Below are positions 19,528 to 29,731 of a DNA stretch of 64,000 nt, one piece after another; position 1 is the first letter of the stretch, and the number at the start of each line of letters is the position of its first letter. The stretch is from contig JBAZZB010000001.1 of NCBI GenBank assembly GCA_041659045.1, positions 262,111 through 326,110 on the forward strand. Direction: 5' to 3'. A model generated the notes under the pieces. That model had not been told where the DNA came from. It did not search any database and saw nothing but the letters and a program-made list of their open reading frames with translations. The translations under genes were made by a program, and so were the position numbers. Origin of the DNA: Patescibacteria group bacterium (lineage in GTDB: Bacteria > Patescibacteriota > Patescibacteriia > SG8-24 > DYFX01).

Positions 19528-20231
19528 AAAAAATCTCCGTCATCATTCCGTGCTACAACCACGCCGCGACGATCGAACGTTGTTTGGAAAGTATTTTTGC
19601 GCAATCGCTCGCGCCATCCGAAGTTATTGTCGTCGACGACGGCTCGACTGACGCGCTTGATGCTGCGCTCATGCCGTTTCTTGGCAGGGTCAAATTGGTG
19701 CGTCAGGCGAATGGTGGTGGCCCTGCGGCAAGAAATCGAGGTTTCCGTGAATCGACGGGCGAGCTCGTCATGTTCTGCGACGCCGACGCCTTTCTTCGCC
19801 CCGACGCGCTTGAAAAGCTATTGTTCGCGCTCGAAGCATACCCCGATGCGGCCTATGCCTACGCCTCATTCAGGTTCGGTTGGAAAAAATTTCCACTCGG
19901 CCCGTTTGATCCGGAGCGACTCAAAAAACACAACTACATTCATACAGGCTCGCTGATCCGTCGTGAAAAATTCCCTGGGTTCGACGAAACGCTCAAGCGC
20001 TTCCAGGACTGGGATCTTTGGCTTACGATGCTCGAAAGGGGAGACGTCGGCGTCTGGGTGCCGGAACTTCTGGTGCACGTGCACGTGTCTTCCAAGCGTG
20101 GTGGCATCTCTACCTGGCTGCCGAAGCTCATGTACCGCCTTCCGTGGAATCTCCTTGGGTGGAAGCCCAAACGCGTCGCTGAGTATGAAACAGCCGCCGC
20201 TATTATCCGCAAAAAACACCGACTTGCATGA
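19524..20231 (+). CDS. Glycosyltransferase family 2
   Basis: SVIIPCYN, VVDDGSTD, DAD and QDWDLW motifs. Confidence 0.92.
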   Translation: MKKISVIIPCYNHAATIERCLESIFAQSLAPSEVIVVDDGSTDALDAALMPFLGRVKLVRQANGGGPAARNRGFRESTGELVMFCDADAFLRPDALEKLLFALEAYPDAAYAYASFRFGWKKFPLGPFDPERLKKHNYIHTGSLIRREKFPGFDETLKRFQDWDLWLTMLERGDVGVWVPELLVHVHVSSKRGGISTWLPKLMYRLPWNLLGWKPKRVAEYETAAAIIRKKHRLA

Positions 20232-21115
20232 GCCGCGCTCCCGACCTCTCGATCATCACCGTCAACTGGAAAGTCGCCGATCTCGTCGGCGAACTATTGG
20301 GTTCCATTGACGCGAACAAAGAAAATCTCGCTCTTGAAATTTTTGTCGTCGATAACGATTCAAACGATGGTATCGAAAACGTCGTCGCGGCCTTTAAAAA
20401 CCGTTCAGGCATTCCGATCACGCTGATCAAAAACGACAAGAACCTTGGTTTTGCCGCGGCAAACAATATCGCGATTCGTCGCGCTTCCGGCCGGCACGTG
20501 GCGCTTATCAACCCGGACGCTCGCTCGACACGGGGTGCTCTGGGTAAAATGATCGTCTGGATGGACGAACATCCGAACGTCGGTGTGGCCGGAACGAAAC
20601 TCTTGAACGACGACGGCTCGATTCAAGAATCCGTCCGTCGCTTTCCAGGTCTCCTCGATCAAGCGATGATCCTGCTCAAACTCCAACACCTCTGGCCGAA
20701 GGCGTTTCCGTTTCGGAAGTACTTGATGAAGGGTTTTGACTACGCGAAGGAGCAGGATGTTGATCAAGTCATGGGCGCGGCATTTTTCGTGCGCCGCGAA
20801 ACGTTCAAAAAAATCGGATTGCTCGATGAAGCTTTTTTCATCTGGTTCGAAGAAGTCGATTTCTGCAAGCGTGTGAAGGATGCCGGGCTTCGCGTGGTCT
20901 ATGCGCCGTCCGCTTCGTTCATCCATCGTAGAGGTGCGAGTTTCGCCAAGGCGATGACGTTCAAGAAGCAGAAATACTTCACGAACAGCATGCGGATCTA
21001 CTTTGCGAAGCATCGCGGACTTTGGACGACGCCTCTACTGGCCCTACCAATGTGTTTCGGCCTTCTTTCAGCCGCTCTCTTTTCCATATGGACATCCGTT
21101 TTCCCGAAGCGGTAA
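20228..21115 (+). CDS. Glycosyltransferase family 2 (WbbL-like)
   Basis: VVDNDS, NLGFAAANN, NPD and FEEVDFC motifs. Confidence 0.9.
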   Translation: MSRAPDLSIITVNWKVADLVGELLGSIDANKENLALEIFVVDNDSNDGIENVVAAFKNRSGIPITLIKNDKNLGFAAANNIAIRRASGRHVALINPDARSTRGALGKMIVWMDEHPNVGVAGTKLLNDDGSIQESVRRFPGLLDQAMILLKLQHLWPKAFPFRKYLMKGFDYAKEQDVDQVMGAAFFVRRETFKKIGLLDEAFFIWFEEVDFCKRVKDAGLRVVYAPSASFIHRRGASFAKAMTFKKQKYFTNSMRIYFAKHRGLWTTPLLALPMCFGLLSAALFSIWTSVFPKR

Positions 21116-22614
21116 CCCGGCGCTTGCCGCTCTTCGTGTTTTTCTTTTGCGCGGCGCTCGAAGCGCTCTCGTATTGGGGTTGGCACGCGCCGGAGATTCG
21201 CGTCTCCGTGCTCGCGATGCTCGCGATCGGTGCGGTGGTTCTTGCGTTTCTCGACCTGCGTTGGCTCTTCGCGCTGGTTCTTGTTGAAATGGTGATTGGC
21301 AGTCACGGGCGCCTATTCTTCGGAGAGCTTGGTGGCTTCTCGCTATCGCTTCGCATGGCCCTCTTTGCAATTTTGGTTCTTGGGTGGCTGGCGCACGCGG
21401 CGCGTGGTTGTGCTCGCATTCTACACTTCCGCCACGCGCACGTGACGGCTCCTCTGCTTCTCCTCATTATTGCTATTACGTTTTCCGTTCTGCGCGGCTT
21501 GTCGAAGGGGGCCTCTTTCGGCGAAATCTTTAGCGACGCCAACGGCTACGCCTTCATGTTGCTCGTCCCAATCGGCCTCGACCTCTTCGCCGACCGCCAA
21601 GCGTTTGCTTGGCTCCTACGCGCACTCTCCGGCGCCGTCGCCTGGCTCTGCGTGAAAAGCCTGCTCCTGCTCTATTTCTTCTCTCATAACTTCGATGGCG
21701 CATGGCTGCGCGACGTGTTTCTCTGGCAGCGCCGGTTCGGCCTCACCGAGATCACGCATCTTTCGGGTGGTGCGGTGCGCGTTTTCGCTTCTTCCGACGT
21801 TCTGCTTTTGCCCGCGCTTTTCTTGGGGGCGCTGCTTGCTTGGGAGTACCGAAAGCGTTCCGCACTTCTCTGGACAGCGCTCGTGGCGGCGGCTTTTCTG
21901 CTCTCAATGTCACGCAGTTTCTGGTTGGGCGCGCTCGTCGCCGCGACCTTCATGTTGCCGGTTTTTGTGCGTTTCGAAATTGTCCCGTTTGCGAAACTTG
22001 GACGTCTTTTTACAGTGACGCTCGCCTCGGTCGCTCTTGGCGCGCTTCTTCTCGGCGCGACCGTACTCTTTCCACTGCCGAAACCGGTACAGAACGCCGA
22101 TGCCTGGAGCGCGTATGGTGGACGCGTACTGAACGCTTCCGACGCGGCTGTTTCGAGTCGTTGGAATATGATTGGGCCGCTGCATGACGGCATTTCTTCT
22201 TCACCAATTCTCGGCAGCGGTTTCGGCGCGCAGATCACGTATCAATCCGACGATCCGCGCATGCACGACCTCTATCCCGGCGGCAAAGTCACGACGTCCG
22301 GTATTGAGTGGCAGTATCTTGAGATCTGGTTGAAAATGGGTGTACTCGGACTCATCGCCGTCATCTGGCTTTGGTGGCGCACCGGACTTTTCTTTTGGAA
22401 AACACTCGAGACGGCCCAGGGTTCGGACCGTCTCGTTGCTGCGGGCTTTATGTTGTCGTTCCTCGCTTTCGTCGTCGCAAATATCTTCACCCCGTATCTC
22501 AATCATCCGCTCGGCTGGGGTTTCCTAACGATCATTATTGTTGGTCTGCACGCGGCGCAGGAGCACGAAGTACCCGGACATCACGAGCGCCCTAGGCCAG
22601 TGTCGCTCCGATAA
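21088..22614 (+). CDS. O-antigen ligase/Wzy-family membrane protein
   Basis: Multi-TM; SMSRSFWLG, PILGSGFG and YLEIWLKMG motifs. Confidence 0.75.
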   Translation: MDIRFPEAVTRRLPLFVFFFCAALEALSYWGWHAPEIRVSVLAMLAIGAVVLAFLDLRWLFALVLVEMVIGSHGRLFFGELGGFSLSLRMALFAILVLGWLAHAARGCARILHFRHAHVTAPLLLLIIAITFSVLRGLSKGASFGEIFSDANGYAFMLLVPIGLDLFADRQAFAWLLRALSGAVAWLCVKSLLLLYFFSHNFDGAWLRDVFLWQRRFGLTEITHLSGGAVRVFASSDVLLLPALFLGALLAWEYRKRSALLWTALVAAAFLLSMSRSFWLGALVAATFMLPVFVRFEIVPFAKLGRLFTVTLASVALGALLLGATVLFPLPKPVQNADAWSAYGGRVLNASDAAVSSRWNMIGPLHDGISSSPILGSGFGAQITYQSDDPRMHDLYPGGKVTTSGIEWQYLEIWLKMGVLGLIAVIWLWWRTGLFFWKTLETAQGSDRLVAAGFMLSFLAFVVANIFTPYLNHPLGWGFLTIIIVGLHAAQEHEVPGHHERPRPVSLR

Positions 22615-23563
22615 AATCAGGATAGCCGTTTAAGAAGGCTTTTGCATCCGTCTCGTTTTTTCCTTCAAGTTGCACTGTTTTCAAAATCAAGGAGCCGGTG
22701 CCGCAATTGATCGCGAGCGTGCCGTCCGCAAGTTTGCAGGCGAGAGACGTTTTTCCGCTGGCGTCGCACGGCGCCGTCGGGTGGAGTACGGACGCTTTTT
22801 TGATCGTCAGTTTTTGCGCTTTGTCGCCACGCGTCCAAAAAGTGAAAGCTTCCGGCCACGGCTGCATGGCGCGAACAAAGCGTTCGAGCTCTGTCGCCGA
22901 CTTTGTCCAATCGATACGGCCGTCTTCGCGTGAAAGAATGCCGCTGTAGCTGGCTTTGGCGTTGTCTTGTGCTTGAGGCGTGAGCGAACCAGCAAAATAC
23001 GCGTCGAGCGTCGGTACGATGATGTCCGCTCCCAGATGAGAAAGTTTGTGGGTCAAGGTCGCCGTGGTGTCTTCTTCCGAAATCGCTAGGCGCGCGTAGT
23101 CCAAAATCGGTCCTTCATCCATTTTTTCGTTCATGATCATGACCGTCACGCCGGTTTCCGCGTCGCCCGCCTTGATGGCGGCTGAAATCGGCGAGGCACC
23201 GCGATAGGTGGGCAAAAGAGAGGCATGGACGTTGATGCCGCCGAAGCGCGGAAGATCCAAAAGTTTTTTCGGAAGGATCTTTCCGTACGAAACGACAACG
23301 TAGGCGTCGGCGCCGAGTGATTCAAAATGCGAGAGCACTTCGTGCCCGCGCACGGACTCAGGCTGTACGACGGTGAGCCCGAGGGCGAGCGCCGCGCGTT
23401 TGACGGCTGGTGCGGTCAGTACATGTTTTCGGCCGACGGGACGGTCGGGCTGCGTCACGACTTGGAGGATGGAAAAATCTTTTTCCGTTTGAAGGCGTTG
23501 TAAAACAGGAACAGCGAAATCCGAAGTGCCGAAGAAAACAATTTTGTAAGGTTTCTGCGACAT
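22592..23563 (-). CDS. fmt: Methionyl-tRNA formyltransferase
   Basis: FFGTSDFA, VTQPDRP, NVHASLLP and MDEGP motifs. Confidence 0.97.
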   Translation of the reverse strand: MSQKPYKIVFFGTSDFAVPVLQRLQTEKDFSILQVVTQPDRPVGRKHVLTAPAVKRAALALGLTVVQPESVRGHEVLSHFESLGADAYVVVSYGKILPKKLLDLPRFGGINVHASLLPTYRGASPISAAIKAGDAETGVTVMIMNEKMDEGPILDYARLAISEEDTTATLTHKLSHLGADIIVPTLDAYFAGSLTPQAQDNAKASYSGILSREDGRIDWTKSATELERFVRAMQPWPEAFTFWTRGDKAQKLTIKKASVLHPTAPCDASGKTSLACKLADGTLAINCGTGSLILKTVQLEGKNETDAKAFLNGYPDFIGATLA

Positions 23564-23574
23564 CGGGTGGGGGA

Positions 23575-24042
23575 TTATAATTGAACCTCGTGAATTTCTT
23601 TGGCGCGATCGACGAACAGGACGCCGTCGAGATGGTCGAGCTCGTGTTGCAGCACGCGGGCAAAGAATCCGCTGGCGTCATGCGTGACCGGCTTGCCGTC
23701 GCGGTCGAGACCTTTCAAGGCAAAAGCTCGGTGCCGGCGAACGATGCCCCATTTGCCAGGAACCGACAAGCAGCCTTCTTCGCCGTCTTCCATACGCCAC
23801 GATTTGCGTACCATGACGGGGTTGATGACGATGTAGGGCTTCTTGCCGTCGACCGCCACGAAGACGCGAACCCACCGCCCGACTTGCGGGGCGGCGATTC
23901 CGACGCCATCGGCCTTCCACATGGTCTCAACGAGGTCGTCGAGCCACTTCTGGAATTCCGGGGTCTTAATGATGGTGGGGTCGACCTCTGTCGAGCGAGT
24001 CCGCAGCTGCGGGTTCGGCAGGGTCACGATTGGCAAAAACAT
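23575..24042 (-). CDS. def: Peptide deformylase
   Basis: GVGIAAPQ, EGCLS and QHELDHL motifs. Confidence 0.97.
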   Translation of the reverse strand: MFLPIVTLPNPQLRTRSTEVDPTIIKTPEFQKWLDDLVETMWKADGVGIAAPQVGRWVRVFVAVDGKKPYIVINPVMVRKSWRMEDGEEGCLSVPGKWGIVRRHRAFALKGLDRDGKPVTHDASGFFARVLQHELDHLDGVLFVDRAKEIHEVQL

Positions 24043-24051
24043 GCGCAAAGT

Positions 24052-24447
24052 TTAGCGAAAAAAGCGGGTCATGTCAAGCTGCTTGTCCTTCGGCTTTTTA
24101 CCTTTTTTCTTGGCTGCCGGTTTGGCGTTTTCAGACTTCGAAAGCCACATGAAGAATTTGCGGGGATTACGCACGTTCACGTCCTCGGTTTTGAGTGAGG
24201 AAAAAGCGGTGCGTGCCTGCGGAACGCCCAAACGCCTGATGACGGCCAGGTAGGCGCCAAACTTTTTCCGCTCTCCAAAATAGGCGCTGATCTCGGCGGC
24301 CAGGGCATGCGCGTCGCTGTGGATGTAGCGCTCTTTTTTTGCTTCGACGATTTCAATGCCGGGCAAATGCTCGTTCTTTTTCTCACTCTTTTTTGCCGGT
24401 TGGGTGACCCTGCGACGGATCACGCCTCCGATGCCTTCCATGCTCAT
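24052..24447 (-). CDS. Hypothetical basic protein
   Basis: ATGA overlap with the upstream gene; in operon with def-fmt. Confidence 0.6.
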   Translation of the reverse strand: MSMEGIGGVIRRRVTQPAKKSEKKNEHLPGIEIVEAKKERYIHSDAHALAAEISAYFGERKKFGAYLAVIRRLGVPQARTAFSSLKTEDVNVRNPRKFFMWLSKSENAKPAAKKKGKKPKDKQLDMTRFFR

Positions 24448-25238
24448 GAGAGGAGATAATGCGCGACCAGAGAGCCGATGCCGAATGGGCTCTCGTAGCT
24501 CAGGATCTCCGGTGTGGCGTCGATGGTGTCCAAGATGCCCGCCAAGATCGTCAGCGACGGCAAGGCACACTGAGCAGCCTTCTCCGCGAGCTGTGGTTCG
24601 AACGTCACGAAAGCCGAAGGCTTCTTCTCTTGGAGGAGTGTCAGAATTTTCTCATCAAACTTCCTGCCGAACGGCGAGTAACCGGCTGGAGAGGTGCGCG
24701 TGAGTCGATGCGAAAGATCGATGGAGCAGACAATAGCTACCCGGCGATCGGTATGCATCAAAACTTCTTGAAGCGCTTGGCCTAATTCAAAATGCGCTTT
24801 CGGTGGCAGAAGCGATGGAGAGATCGGTAAAATTGTGACGGGGTTGATCTTGGCGGCGAGATAGGTGAGAGGCACAACGATGCCGTAATCGAGATCGACA
24901 TCAGAGCGCAGCATAAACGGCACGTCACGGTCCTCAAGGTGTTCTTTGACTGCGCTCGTCAGCCGCATGTCCGAACGAAACTCCATCGGGATTTCAAAAA
25001 TTCCGAACTCCTTGAGATTGGGAACGTAACGCTCGCGCACCTCCATGGTGAAGTGATCCTCTTCAACGCGACCGTGCGGAGAAATCACGACGATCACATC
25101 TGGCTTGGACGCGATCAGTTCCTGCTCCAAACGATGAAGCGCGGTGATCGTCTTTTTAAGTTTTTTGAGATGCTCCTTGCCAACCGACGGCAAGAGTACC
25201 GGCGAGTGGGGGGCGATCGAGGCGAAAACGAGCGCCAT
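24444..25238 (-). CDS. LigB/MEMO-like (AmmeMemoRadiSam B family) protein
   Basis: APHSP, ISPH, DYG..VPL, SIDLSHRL and YESPFGIG motifs. Confidence 0.8.
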   Translation of the reverse strand: MALVFASIAPHSPVLLPSVGKEHLKKLKKTITALHRLEQELIASKPDVIVVISPHGRVEEDHFTMEVRERYVPNLKEFGIFEIPMEFRSDMRLTSAVKEHLEDRDVPFMLRSDVDLDYGIVVPLTYLAAKINPVTILPISPSLLPPKAHFELGQALQEVLMHTDRRVAIVCSIDLSHRLTRTSPAGYSPFGRKFDEKILTLLQEKKPSAFVTFEPQLAEKAAQCALPSLTILAGILDTIDATPEILSYESPFGIGSLVAHYLLS

Positions 25239-25239
25239 A

Positions 25240-26646
25240 TTATCGTGCCAGGGCTGTCTGCGCCGACGAAGCTGTGGGCGGAAGGCCGGTAACGGGCTGT
25301 CCGATCGGGTGGAGCACCATGACCGACTCCGTTGTCCAAATGATGCGCTTCCAGGAATAGCCAAGCTGCTCGAAGGCTTCACCCGAAGTGATCGGACGGC
25401 GCTGGCCGTTTGAAACGACGTAGACGGCTTTGTTCGAACCGACACTCGTGATCAAATCGCCATCCTTGAATTTCAGAGGCTCGGCGGTTTCATATTTCTC
25501 GAGTGTCTCCGGTGAAACGACAGAAATTTTCTTGGAAGGGTAGTCTGCCTTCATGATCGAGGCGTCGATGATCGGTTTTTTCTTGCCGTCTTCCACAAAG
25601 TAGACGCCGCCGGTTTTTTTGTTCTGAAGAAGCGCACCTGTCGGATAGGCGCTCTTGAGCGTGATCGCGTCGCCGTCGGCGTACGGTTCTAAATCCAACG
25701 CGTCCACGTCGTCGATCTCTTCAGGGTTGAAACCGATCGCGCGGAAAACTTGCATCGATTCGATCGGACGCTTCTTGTCGCCGGAAAGAAGATAGACCGT
25801 TCCGGTGTCGGGATTGCGGACGAGCGAGTAATCGGCGAAGGCAATATCAGCACCGCTTTCGAGGCCGGAGAGTACGGTATCGGAAACCGGGATAACCTTA
25901 TTCTTGTCGACGCGCGTGTAGAGCGCACTCTTGCTTGCGAACTTGCGTTTCAAGCCGCCTTGAATCAGGTAGACCGTGCCGTCCGATGCGGAAAGTGCTG
26001 AGCCGTCCGGATACCCCATCGAGAACCAGCGATCCCAAATACGACGCAGCAAGCTGTTGCCGTGAAGATGCGGATTATAGGTGTAGACGATTGCAGTTGC
26101 CGTGTTCGCCGGCGTCAGTGGTTGGCTGTCGATCGTGGTCGCGCGGCCAGGAAAAAAACCAAACGTACGTCGGCTACCGCAGCGATCGGTTGAATCGCGG
26201 TAGAAGCATTCGACGAAAGCGGCGGCGTTGATGATTTGCGAAGTAAAGCCACGGGCAGGGTGTGAGGTGTCGCAGGTTGAGCCATCAGGTCGTCCGTACC
26301 CGGCCGCCCAGTCGATCTGGCACTTGCTCGGGTTCTTGTCATCAACGAGGCTCTGCTCCTTCTGAATGAGTGCGAGAAGGAATTTCGGGTTCACGCCCAT
26401 CGACTTTCCGTAGTAGTCGATAATGTCGCCTGGCTTCTTCATGGAACCGTCGAGATCCATGAAAGTCATCTTGGCGAGGGCACCGCCACGGGATTCCAAA
26501 AACTGCTGCGAAAAACCGGCCGGTACATTCGTGTCCGTCAGGTCGTCGTCGGAGAGAATATAGGCCGGATTCACCTCGGCGGCACGCGTAGGAATCGCGG
26601 GTGCCAGGAGCAAAAACGACAGGAAAATCAAGAGAAATTTCTTCAT
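25240..26646 (-). CDS. Secreted lysozyme-like cell-wall protein with four C-terminal repeats
   Basis: Signal peptide; VNPKFLLALIQKEQSL and YTYNPH; four VY(L/F/V)..G.K(R/K)P-type repeats. Confidence 0.6.
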   Translation of the reverse strand: MKKFLLIFLSFLLLAPAIPTRAAEVNPAYILSDDDLTDTNVPAGFSQQFLESRGGALAKMTFMDLDGSMKKPGDIIDYYGKSMGVNPKFLLALIQKEQSLVDDKNPSKCQIDWAAGYGRPDGSTCDTSHPARGFTSQIINAAAFVECFYRDSTDRCGSRRTFGFFPGRATTIDSQPLTPANTATAIVYTYNPHLHGNSLLRRIWDRWFSMGYPDGSALSASDGTVYLIQGGLKRKFASKSALYTRVDKNKVIPVSDTVLSGLESGADIAFADYSLVRNPDTGTVYLLSGDKKRPIESMQVFRAIGFNPEEIDDVDALDLEPYADGDAITLKSAYPTGALLQNKKTGGVYFVEDGKKKPIIDASIMKADYPSKKISVVSPETLEKYETAEPLKFKDGDLITSVGSNKAVYVVSNGQRRPITSGEAFEQLGYSWKRIIWTTESVMVLHPIGQPVTGLPPTASSAQTALAR

Positions 26647-26734
26647 ACAGTGACACAATTCTACCACGTGCGGCACCCCGTTGACAATCGGGGAAAAACG
26701 AGCTAGCGTGCGTGCAGATCACAAGGAGATCACC

Positions 26735-27205
26735 ATGCCCGGTCCGCTCGAATGGGGTTTCATCTTCGCAGCTCTTTCCGTCGTTCTTGCTCTGATCACG
26801 TGGAAGCTCACGCAGTACCACCGCAACCGCATCATCAACGCCCATCTCGCGCAGCGCGGCGTCTTCTATTTCACCAAGATGAAGAAGGGTGAGAAGATCT
26901 GGTGTCGCATGGAGCGCAGGCACGTCTACGAGATCGAGTTCCTCGGCCTCCAGAACCACTACCGGATCTACAGCCTCAAGAAGCTCGTCATGAATGAGAA
27001 CGGCGAACAGCACGTGGAGAAGATCTACGAGCAAGTCACCTTCAGGCATGCTGAGCTGGAAATCGCGCATCGGTTCTGTTGCAACGAACCGGGCCCTTGG
27101 TCGACGACGATTGTCGAGATTTCGCGAGCGAGGCTTCGCCCGGAGTATCGACAGGAGACCGCGTCTCAGCACACGCACACGATGTACCCCTCTGAGCAGG
27201 CCTAG
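26735..27205 (+). CDS. Hypothetical membrane-anchored protein
   Basis: AAGGAG SD; N-terminal TM helix; TTGACA promoter at 26681. Confidence 0.65.
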   Translation: MPGPLEWGFIFAALSVVLALITWKLTQYHRNRIINAHLAQRGVFYFTKMKKGEKIWCRMERRHVYEIEFLGLQNHYRIYSLKKLVMNENGEQHVEKIYEQVTFRHAELEIAHRFCCNEPGPWSTTIVEISRARLRPEYRQETASQHTHTMYPSEQA

Positions 27206-27262
27206 CAGGTCTGTTTTTTTGTCCGTTGCTGAACCTGAGCCGCGGCGGTACACTGCGTCTAT

Positions 27263-28420
27263 ATGGGAACCCACTCCTCTTTTCGTATTGCCCGCGCCGC
27301 CGCGCTCGTTTCCTTGAATATCGCCGTTGCGTTAACCGTGCATGTTGCCTGGTCGGCTTGGTTGCCGTCTGCTGGCGCTGCGCAAAAAGCGATTGCGCCA
27401 CTCAGTGAAGAAGAACGGATGATTCAGGTGATCGCTAAGGCGTCGCCCGCCGTCGTTTCAATTTTGGTACAGCAGGAAGGACAACAAACGTTAACGGTCT
27501 CGATCGGCGACGATATCAAAGTCGCGGCGCCGACGCGTCCGCTGGTAGAAGTGGGGAAGGGGACAGGCTTTATCGTTACGGCAGATGGTTTGATCGCCAC
27601 GAATCGCCACGTTGCATATTCGCGCAGCGCGATTCTGACGGTTTTCCTGTCGGATGGACGTTCCTTCAAAGCACGTGTCGCCGACATCGACCCTGTGAAC
27701 GATCTTGCCTTACTTAAAATCGAGGCGAAGAATCTTCCAACGCTTGCTCTTGAAGCCGACGACGCCTATCGCCTCGGACAAACGACGATCGCGATCGGCA
27801 ACGCGCTCGGTAAATACGCCAACACGGTCACGCGCGGCATTCTTTCGGGCGTGAACCGTGAAGTGGAAGCGGAGAATAACGTGACGGGTGCTACCGAGCG
27901 TCTTGAAGAATTGCTGCAGACGGACGCGGCGATCAACTCCGGAAACTCCGGCGGACCGCTTTTGAACCTCGACGGCAAGGTCATCGGTATGAACACGGCG
28001 GTTGAACATAGCGGCCAGGGCCTTGGCTTCGCCATTCCTGTTTCCGAAATTCGCAAGGTGACCGATTCGTATCGCGTCTACGGCGCGATCGCACGCCCAC
28101 GTCTCGGCGTCCGCTATTTCCCGATCACGCCGGAGTTTCAACTTGAACACAAGCTCGCGTACTCTTACGGTGCTTTCATTGGTACCGACGAACCGGGGCA
28201 AGCCGTCGTGCTGCCGAACAGTCCTGCCGGTGCGGTCGGTCTCATGGCTGGCGACATTATTTTGGACGTGAACGGCAAGAAGCTTGAAGGAAAGATGACC
28301 TTGGCGAAAGCGATCCAATTGTTGAGGGTCGGTGACGCGGTGAAAATGAGCGTCGCGCGGGGAGATGTGCTTCTCGTGCTGACCGCTCGTCTCGACGCGC
28401 AACCGCCCTACGCCAACTAA
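27263..28420 (+). CDS. HtrA/DegP-like serine protease with PDZ domain
   Basis: GTGFIV, TNRHV, DLA and TDAAINSGNSGGPL motifs; C-terminal PDZ. Confidence 0.93.
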   Translation: MGTHSSFRIARAAALVSLNIAVALTVHVAWSAWLPSAGAAQKAIAPLSEEERMIQVIAKASPAVVSILVQQEGQQTLTVSIGDDIKVAAPTRPLVEVGKGTGFIVTADGLIATNRHVAYSRSAILTVFLSDGRSFKARVADIDPVNDLALLKIEAKNLPTLALEADDAYRLGQTTIAIGNALGKYANTVTRGILSGVNREVEAENNVTGATERLEELLQTDAAINSGNSGGPLLNLDGKVIGMNTAVEHSGQGLGFAIPVSEIRKVTDSYRVYGAIARPRLGVRYFPITPEFQLEHKLAYSYGAFIGTDEPGQAVVLPNSPAGAVGLMAGDIILDVNGKKLEGKMTLAKAIQLLRVGDAVKMSVARGDVLLVLTARLDAQPPYAN

Positions 28421-28421
28421 C

Positions 28422-29696
28422 ATGGAAGCTCCGCGCGCCATCCTACAGGCTCCGACCGAACGCTGGCATGCTCCCATTCACGCGTGCAGCTGGTTCGTGT
28501 TTCTCGGGACCTCGTTGGTGCTCGGATTGTATTTCACCGCCCCGGTTCCTGACTGGGCGGGGATGATCTATGTATCGTCGACGAAGGCTGCTCCGCCCGT
28601 GGAAGAGCCAAGCGCTGCACAGCACGTGCCGATGCCGCAAGAGGTTCGTGGAATCTACATGACGGCTTCGAAAGCGGCTTCAAAGAAGTCGCGTTCCGAA
28701 TTGTTCGCCTATCTTGAGCGCAATCGCATGAACGCGGTCGTGATCGATATCAAAGATGCGGACGGGCGCTTGTCATTCGTGCCGACGCGAAGTTCGCTCG
28801 CAACCGCCGCGCCCGAAGAAGCGACGATCAAAGATCTCGACGCGGTTTTACGAGAAGCAGGGGAGCGGAATCTCTATCGCATCGCGCGCGTTTTCGTTTT
28901 TCAAGATCCTTCGTACGTTGAACGATTTCCTGGCGAGGCCGTGCAAAAAACATCCGGAGGCGTGTGGGCTGACTACAAAGGTGTGACCTGGGTCGACGCG
29001 GCATCGAAAGCGGCGTGGCGCTACAACGTCGAGATCGCCCGCGAAGCCTATGCGCGAGGGTTCGACGAAATTCAATTCGATTACATCCGTTTTCCAAGTG
29101 ACGGTGACATGAAGTCGATCGTCTACGCGCAGCACGACGAACAGCGTCCGAAGCACGAAGTCCTCCGAGATTTTTTCCGCTTCATGCACGACGAGCTTGA
29201 AAAGAAGCAAGGGATCCCGGTTTCCTACGACCTCTTCGGATACGTCACGTGGTACATCGACTACGATCTCGGTATCGGACAGCTCCTTGTTGATGCGCTG
29301 CCTCACGGCACGGCGGTCTCGGCGATGGTGTATCCTTCTCATTATGGGGTGGGAACGCTCGGGTACCAGAATCCGGCTGATTACCCGTATGAAATTGTCG
29401 CTGATAGCCTAAAAAAGGCGAATCGCTTGTACGCCCAGCAAGAAAAGGAGTGCGATGAGCTTGCACAAGGCGTGAAAAGCGCGACGTCGACCTTCCTCCT
29501 GCCTTGCAATACGCCGCTCGCGCATCATCGTCCGTGGCTCCAAGCCTTCGATATCGGCGCGGTCTATGATGCCGACAAGATCCGGGCGCAAATCAAAGCG
29601 ACGCGCGATCAGGGTGGAAAGGGATACTTGCTCTGGAACGCGCGGAACGTCTATCGAGACTTTGATCTTGCGGCGACATCCACGGCGTCGTTGTAA
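28422..29696 (+). CDS. Putative glycoside hydrolase (DUF4015-like)
   Basis: NAVVIDIKD, GFDEIQFDYIRFP, MVYPSHY and RPWLQAF motifs. Confidence 0.8.
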   Translation: MEAPRAILQAPTERWHAPIHACSWFVFLGTSLVLGLYFTAPVPDWAGMIYVSSTKAAPPVEEPSAAQHVPMPQEVRGIYMTASKAASKKSRSELFAYLERNRMNAVVIDIKDADGRLSFVPTRSSLATAAPEEATIKDLDAVLREAGERNLYRIARVFVFQDPSYVERFPGEAVQKTSGGVWADYKGVTWVDAASKAAWRYNVEIAREAYARGFDEIQFDYIRFPSDGDMKSIVYAQHDEQRPKHEVLRDFFRFMHDELEKKQGIPVSYDLFGYVTWYIDYDLGIGQLLVDALPHGTAVSAMVYPSHYGVGTLGYQNPADYPYEIVADSLKKANRLYAQQEKECDELAQGVKSATSTFLLPCNTPLAHHRPWLQAFDIGAVYDADKIRAQIKATRDQGGKGYLLWNARNVYRDFDLAATSTASL

Positions 29697-29731
29697 GAAA
29701 CGATCGAGCCTCACGTCTATACTGAATGCAT